Below, piece after piece: positions 56,748 to 64,000 of a stretch of DNA of 64,000 bases. This DNA comes from Octopus vulgaris (lineage: Eukaryota), in assembly GCA_951406725.2 (NCBI GenBank), contig OX597832.1, forward strand, positions 65,100,001-65,164,000. Direction: 5' to 3'. Below the pieces are notes generated by a model that saw nothing but the letters and a program-made list of their open reading frames with translations, made no database searches and had not been told where the DNA came from. The translations under genes and the position numbers were made by a program. The stretch's first letter is position 1; each line of letters starts with the position of its first letter.

Positions 56748-56828
<81 letters not shown>

Positions 56829-56836
56829 CATTATTA

Positions 56837-56879
<43 letters not shown>

Positions 56880-56917
56880 ACGCACCAGCTATGATAGGAA
56901 TTGTTTCTTTTTCTTCT

Positions 56918-56964
<47 letters not shown>

Positions 56965-56979
56965 TTATTATTATTATTC

Positions 56980-57176
56980 TCTTTTACTCTTTTACTTGTT
57001 TCAGTCATTTGACTGCGGCCATGCTGGAGCACCGCCTTTAGTCGAGCAAATCGACCCCGGGACTTATTATTTGTAAGCCCAGTACTTATTCTATCGGTCT
57101 CTTTTACCGAACCGCTAAGTGACGGAGACACCAGCATCGGTTGTCAAGCAATGCTAGGTGGACAAACACAGACACA

Positions 57177-57178
<2 letters not shown>
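56980..57178 (-). mobile_element. 3' part of SINE family D
   Basis: tttcagtcatttgactgcggccatgctggagcaccgcc...gacaaacacagacacac. Confidence 0.8.
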
Positions 57179-57236
<58 letters not shown>

Positions 57237-57237
<1 letters not shown>

Positions 57238-57691
57238 GAGTGAGAGAGCAGTGCATGCTATCAAAGTGACGCTGAGGTAAAATATACAAAGCCCGGCATA
57301 CCCATCATGACTACCTCTCTGATAAGGGCACACCAGGCACATGCATCACAACCATATGTGCGCGACATGATTTCATATCGAGATAAACAGCGCATGACCT
57401 TGCAGGTGGGGTCCAGTTAGAATTTTCCTCAGGTCGAGTAGCCCATCCCACTCTAAAGGTCCTTGAATAAGGATTAAGGATGTTGAACGAAACACCCAAA
57501 TTTCCGAAGGTAAATTATCCAAACCCCAAAGAATTCTTCCCAACATATGGCTATGAGGCCCCCCCCACACTACTTCTGCTCGTGATCAGAGATGCACGTA
57601 TTGTCATTCACTAAGGCACATGCTCAACTGGTTAAGGTCAAGCAACTGACAAGCAAATCTGTGACATTGAGCAGAATAATTGCTGTAGCCC
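57237..57691 (-). mobile_element. Family E copy, 5'-truncated, between (ATT)n tracts
   Basis: Reverse complement of ~850-1300. Confidence 0.85.
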
Positions 57692-57769
<78 letters not shown>

Positions 57770-58054
57770 CATATGCAAATTCACAGCTTGTTTTGATGGA
57801 TATGATGAAAAGTGTCAACTGCTTACTCCAAGCAATGCTGAATTTTGTAGGTGTTCTACCTTCACACTTGCACCGATCTTTTTCAGCCATGCTGGTAGTT
57901 GGGAGCTGATTCTTCCAAGTGTACTATTAGTATCACATCTGTCCTCTTCATTGATCACAGCCTTCATATTTCCCAGTTTAAATCGATATAGTTGTTTCTT
58001 TTTATTTCTTCTTCTTTCATATTGACCCTTTTGTCACAGGGGCATGCTATGTCG

Positions 58055-58055
<1 letters not shown>
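57770..58055 (-). pseudogene. 3'-terminal fragment of the R4/Dong-like family seen at 52180-53440
   Basis: DIACPCDKRVNMKEEEIKRNNYIDLNWEI matches 53110-53190. Flanked by (ATT)n. Confidence 0.7.
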
Positions 58056-58140
<85 letters not shown>

Positions 58141-58389
58141 CATTATTATTATCAATGTCATCTTCAAATTCTTTTCCGAGTGTATTCCTGAGCCCTAGGG
58201 CAGAGGAACCCACTGTATACATTAGCAGCTGATTAAAACAAACATACCAGATTGTTCATTTACAAAGTCATGTGATAGAGATAAAGAGAAGAAACACAGA
58301 GAAAAAGGAAAGAAAAAAACAATAAAAATTAAACAAAGTAAAAGAAAAGAAAAGGAAGGAAAATTCACAGTAACAATGTTTTTCTCAGT

Positions 58390-58800
58390 ACGTGTGACAT
58401 ATCAATTAAGGCACTCTTTTTCATCTTCTGAATGGATGGTAAGCCAGGGACCATTCTTGCATAATTTTCAGTTCCTGTTTTTTATCATACCAAGGGCTCC
58501 TATATTCACTTGTATTGTAATCGTCTTCAGATACCACATCTTTTCGATTTAGATTAGCAAATCTTTATATTTTCTAAGTTAATCAAATTATTTTGCTGAG
58601 ATATTATGGTCACAGGGCATACTCATGTCAGTCAGTAAACAGACATGTATTGGTCTTTCACAACAACATCTTTATTTGCTTTCATGGTCCGGTCTGCACA
58701 TACTGTAAAGTCCCAAAGTCCCATTTTCACATTAGCTTAATAGCTGCCGGTCAATAAGCTCTGGTGTTGAGAAACCAAGATGAAGCCATCACACTCTGAG
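58390..58800 (-). pseudogene. R4/Dong-like endonuclease-domain relic
   Basis: Minus strand WDFTVCADRTMKAN, DMSMPCDHNIS, RKYKDL, IEKMWYLKTITIQVNIGALGMIKK. Confidence 0.7.
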
Positions 58801-59174
58801 CTCCGTAGCCACCGATGAGAGTGTTTCTGGTATACATCAGCTTTTTGGCCATGGACCACATATTTGCCATACAAAGGTTTTTATTCCCACCTATCAGCCA
58901 ATTGTTGAACCGCATTTTGCTTTGCTATTGATTTCAACTTGTTTGCAACTAGAGTTGCAGTATTTCTATCATTCCGTTCTACCTGGGTATAATGCATAAA
59001 CTCACCAGGTAATTTTTGTCCTCCATAACAGAATGAAGCTTCTTACGTCTTTCTTGGTTTTCAACAAGTTCTAGCATTCAGTCCTTAGATGTTTCAATTT
59101 AATTTGACTGTCCGTTTGTGGTTATTTTGTAAGATATTTAAATTGGATCAAGCCTCGACCTCGTTGAACTCTGG

Positions 59175-59247
<73 letters not shown>

Positions 59248-59248
<1 letters not shown>

Positions 59249-59780
59249 GAGTGAGAGAGCAGTTCATGCCATCAAGGTGACACTGGGGTAAAATATACGA
59301 AGCCCAATATACCCATCATGACTACCCGTCTGATAAGGGTACACCAGGCACATGCATCACAACCATGTGTGCGCGACATGGTGATCTCATATCAAGATAA
59401 ACAGCACATGACCTTGCAGATGGGGCCCAGTTAGAATTTTCTTCAGGTCGAGAAGCCCATCCCGCTGAAAAGGTCCCTGAATAAGGATTGTTTAAGGATG
59501 TTGAACGAACCGCCCAAAGGTGAATTATTCAAACCCCCAAGTATCCCTCTCAACACATGGCTATGATGCACCCCCAGAGATACACATATCGTCAGCCACT
59601 AAGGGACATGCTGAACTGGTTAAGGTCAAACAACTGACAAGCAAATATGTGGTATTGGGCAGAATATTTGCTGTAGCCCATCTTTTATACCACGAGAAAA
59701 CAATGTACATGATAACACTTCCAATCAGTTAAGATCAGAAGCCACGAGAGCCATTGCCTGGTACTGCATCAGGGCATTTA
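59248..59780 (-). mobile_element. Family E copy, near full length, between (ATT)n tracts
   Basis: Reverse complement of 757-1300 with small deletions. Confidence 0.88.
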
Positions 59781-59806
59781 CTATTTATTATTGTTATTAT
59801 TATTAT

Positions 59807-59837
<31 letters not shown>

Positions 59838-60226
59838 ATCGTTATCATCATTATTATTGTTATGATTCTCATTTTTATTCTTATTACAAAACTGTTCAAT
59901 ATTTGGTAGATTGAGGCAAATTTCCACTACATCACCTGCTACACCTCTGTGTCTGCGGTGTGTGCAGCATTGTGTGTTCTTTTCCGCTGTTGGGAGTGTT
60001 CAAACTCTTCTGAGTACTGTATTGTGTTAGTTTCTGCATTTTTCCTTGAGGTGTGGAGCTGTCTTTTGCTGTGTTACTGCTTGTATTGTGTGCTGAGTGT
60101 GTAATGCTTTGGTTTTCTAGCTTGCTGGTGGGAGTTTTTTTCTCTGGATAAATATTGTTTAGAGTATGTCTTGTATTTGTGGGTTGTTTTATTTAGGTTG
60201 TATTATTGGATTGATAATTTATTCAT

Positions 60227-60565
<339 letters not shown>

Positions 60566-60890
60566 CTGTTGTGTTGCTCCCAGCATTAATTTTTTAAAAG
60601 GCGGATGAATGTAGGGCGAATTTCCCAATTATGCGCCTTTAGATCGAAAGCAGATGAAGTGGAGAGTGCACTTGCCCTAGAGGTCAGGGCGTTCGTGGCT
60701 TCTATGGACTTTCAGCGAGAAGCCCTTGGAAGCCTCCCTGTTTCGTGGATTTATTATGATTTTTATTGTTATTACCTATTTACACCTAAATCCTGCTCAT
60801 TTTGTCTTATGCTGTCCTCTGTCGTCCCCAGGCTTTTATATAAATTCTCAGTGGTGAATAAAGAAAACGTCATTATTATTATTATCATCA

Positions 60891-60937
<47 letters not shown>

Positions 60938-61849
60938 GCTACTACTATACTGAGCATAAGTAGTGTGTAGTTTACAAAGACAATGAAAACAACTGGCATC
61001 TGGAATATTTCCAGAATTGAGTCAGTTCCCAGGATTTGATTAAAATAGTTAATCAGAAGAACCAAACCACTGCAAGTACATTTAATAGATTACTAAAATG
61101 ACCAGAATTAACATCTGTGTAGTTACTGCAGAGGAAAACAATATTGATTCTGAAAACCAAACACATCCGAAACCTTAAAAAAAAGATAACTACAGACCAA
61201 TAATCACAAACAGCATTCTCTACCCATTTCTCTTTCTCCCAATATATATGTGTGTGTGCATGTGTGTGTGTGTGTTTGTGTGTATAAAAGGCTTGTCGCT
61301 CATCTATAACTTAATAACAACGTTCGAAGGGAAAAGAAAAACAGTTTTCCTGTTAGAGTGTATGGATATAAAAAAGAGTTATTGGTAAACAGAAGTTATT
61401 GCAAGCAGCAAATAGAGACCGAAAATCTAAGCGCAGAATGGATTGATTACCAAAGAAGCCTTTAGCTGCATAGCACATAACTGGATATTGGAAACATAGC
61501 ACATACAGTGGATAGCCTTAGTATGAAGGCAATACATCAAGCACGCAGTGCCAAACCAGAACACATCGATAACACAGCATGGTAAAGATAATATGATAAA
61601 ATCTAACTGTCACATGAAGAACATTTCAGAAAATCTCCTTATCCCCAATGTAAGTTGCTTATAGAATCTGAATCCATTAACACATTTACAACATAAGAGC
61701 ACCGGCAGTTAAAATACTGAGCCGACCTGCAAACAATCTCTCTCAGACAGATGAAGTAAAATTATAGACAGCTGACAACAACTAGCTGAAGTGCCTAGTA
61801 AATGGTGCATAAATGTGGTTGTGATAAATTGGATGGGATTAAAGTAATA

Positions 61850-62040
61850 TGTCAGACATAATATTAGACGAGGAAAAGTAATTGGAACTGAGGTTATATT
61901 TACAGATTGAAAACCGAGAATTAGAACAGAACACATCATACAAATACTTTGGAGCAGATGAAACTAATGCGATGGAATGCAGAGGAATGAGGGAGTAACT
62001 GGGACCCAAAATACCGAAGAGAAGCTAAACTTATATTTAA
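61850..62040 (+). pseudogene. Small R4-like RT C-terminal relic
   Basis: YKYFGADETNAMECRGMRE...KYRRRAKLIF resembles the YKYLG...YRRVRAIL segment of the other copies. Confidence 0.45.
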
Positions 62041-63159
62041 CAATAGCTATCTCTAATTTATTGTGTCTTAGCTATAAATTAAAGCAGCAGATTGTTGTTT
62101 CAAGCTAACAAATAACACAGCTAACTACAGTATTCATATTCTTGGTGGGTTAATTTCATTTCAGATCGACGCTTTAAAAGTCAGCTTAATGATTTCAGGG
62201 TGAGATTTTGCCACTCCAACGAGAGAAAAAGGATTTTAAAAAATGAATAGTTTTAAAACATCATGTAATGTCAAGAAGTGAAAGGCTCATTTTAACAGTT
62301 TTCGCTAACCAAACAACCAAGTAAAATCCCTAGCTTATACTATGGCAGTACATTACACCATTCATTTTTGAAATGCTTAATGCTGTAGAAAATAAGATAA
62401 ACAGGGATAATTACCCTTCCTATTACTGGCTTCGGGTGTTTACCTGCCAGGCAAGTAATTCATCTGAGACCGTGTGTTGAAAATAAAACAATTACAGCAT
62501 GAAAGTTACATATCCACACAAAAACACACATCGACTGTTAACTTAACCATTTTCCATTTGATGTCAATTTGAAGCCTAAATATACTTGGTGTGACAAAAA
62601 TCTTAATATCAAATAATAAAAGAAATCAGCACCTCACCCTACCCTGTCTAGAGTGAGGACCAGGGACTTGAAGAGCTTGGAATTCGAAAGCCAACAGTTC
62701 CTTAGTATCTTGCATAAAAGTCTGCGAGACCTAGATGGAGTTGGGGAAGATCACTTGCAGATTAACGTGCCAGATGAGACTACATTGCGGCAAGTAACTC
62801 AAACGATGACAGCGATAACCAAATCACTTCTTCACCAGAAGTTAATCACAAAAAGAATGGTGCCCCAGTATGGCCGTAAGCTTTGGGTTGAAACACATAA
62901 AAGAATAAAGAATAAAAGTAGTGTGTTTTTAATAAATGATATCTGTTGATGGAAATTAAGCAAGATTTTTTTTGTTTTGCTATCATTTGTTTATACATCA
63001 AAACAATATGAAATTTAAAAAAAGACTTGCTGATTATTTAAAACTAAATATGAATTCACAAATTGGGTTATTTTATTCTGAACTTTACAAAGAAAGGATG
63101 GACGTCTTCTCCAATAAAATAAGAATATGGAGTTTTCGTATCTTTTATCTTGCTTTTTA

Positions 63160-63207
<48 letters not shown>

Positions 63208-63499
63208 ACAAGGTGTATATAATACTCATTACATATCATTCATTTATAGAGTAAATTTGGCTTACAGCTGTTTCCAATAGTCATTAAAAGCACGTTACTG
63301 ATAATCTTTACTCAATTGGCCTATTGATCAGTTGAGAAAAATTGAACGTCCTATAAAAATTAATGCCACTTTCGTCGGAGCCATTAATGGTTATAACCAG
63401 CAATATCTCTCACAAAATTTAGAACCAGAAAGTAGCATTCATTTTTTAGGTCAATTTTTCTCAACTGATCAAGTGATGTGTATTTTTTGCTTGTACCTC

Positions 63500-63702
63500 C
63501 TCTAGCCATGTCTGGCTAATAAGGGCCGGTTTCCCGGCTTCATTGGCGTAAAGGTTCCCCAATGATGCAGGAGGAAAGATTGAGAGAAAGTGTGGTGGAA
63601 GAGTCAGCAGAAGTTTGCCATTACCTTCTGCTGGAGCCGCGTGGCGGTTAGGTGTTTCACTCATAAACACACACATTGCCCGGCCTGAGATTCGAATCCG
63701 CG
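63500..63702 (-). mobile_element. SINE fragment related to family B, with a different tail
   Basis: gagagaaagtgtggtggaagagt...taggtgtttcactcataaacacacacattgcccgg...ttcgaatccgcga. Confidence 0.65.
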
Positions 63703-63735
<33 letters not shown>

Positions 63736-64000
63736 TGTATGTATGTATGTATGTATGTATGTATGCATATATATAAACAAAATATCCCATCAAGAGTAAA
63801 AGTATTTTCAAAAATATTAACTAGAGTATGGCTGGGATGTAACCGTTAATCAAATAGCCGCCCTCAACTTCCACCACAGCCTCAAGATGAATACCTCCTT
63901 AATCTTGGTCACCAGTGTTGCAGCTGGAGCAGTTAGTGGTCTTCTCAACCGCCACTAACCTATATTAATCATTCGGTTTAAAATCGTGGCAATTAGGAAG

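Overview
AT-rich, microsatellite-saturated eukaryotic DNA. The repeat families resemble those I recall from octopus genomes (inference). No host protein-coding gene can be supported; nearly all ORFs in the track are translations of simple repeats. The window holds: a head-to-tail array of R4/Dong-clade non-LTR retrotransposons (RT, CCHC knuckle, restriction-like endonuclease) embedded in (AAT)n at 44.4-53.4 kb; decayed mariner, DD37D/maT-like, Chapaev3-like, Helitron and RTE relics; several tRNA-derived SINE families; a ~540-bp non-coding element that sits in (AAT)n; and a 21-bp minisatellite. The most notable signal is a set of short non-coding elements inserted in (TA)n tracts with a recurring tail/arm/inverted-arm fold-back structure and minimal type I hammerhead ribozymes with palindromic stem III (Penelope-like or retrozyme-like). 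These include a 536-bp tandem unit with three hammerhead copies (19.6-21.0 kb) and an adjacent hammerhead fold whose C3-G8 core pair is swapped to G3-C8 (21028-21078). All alignments and folds were done by eye.
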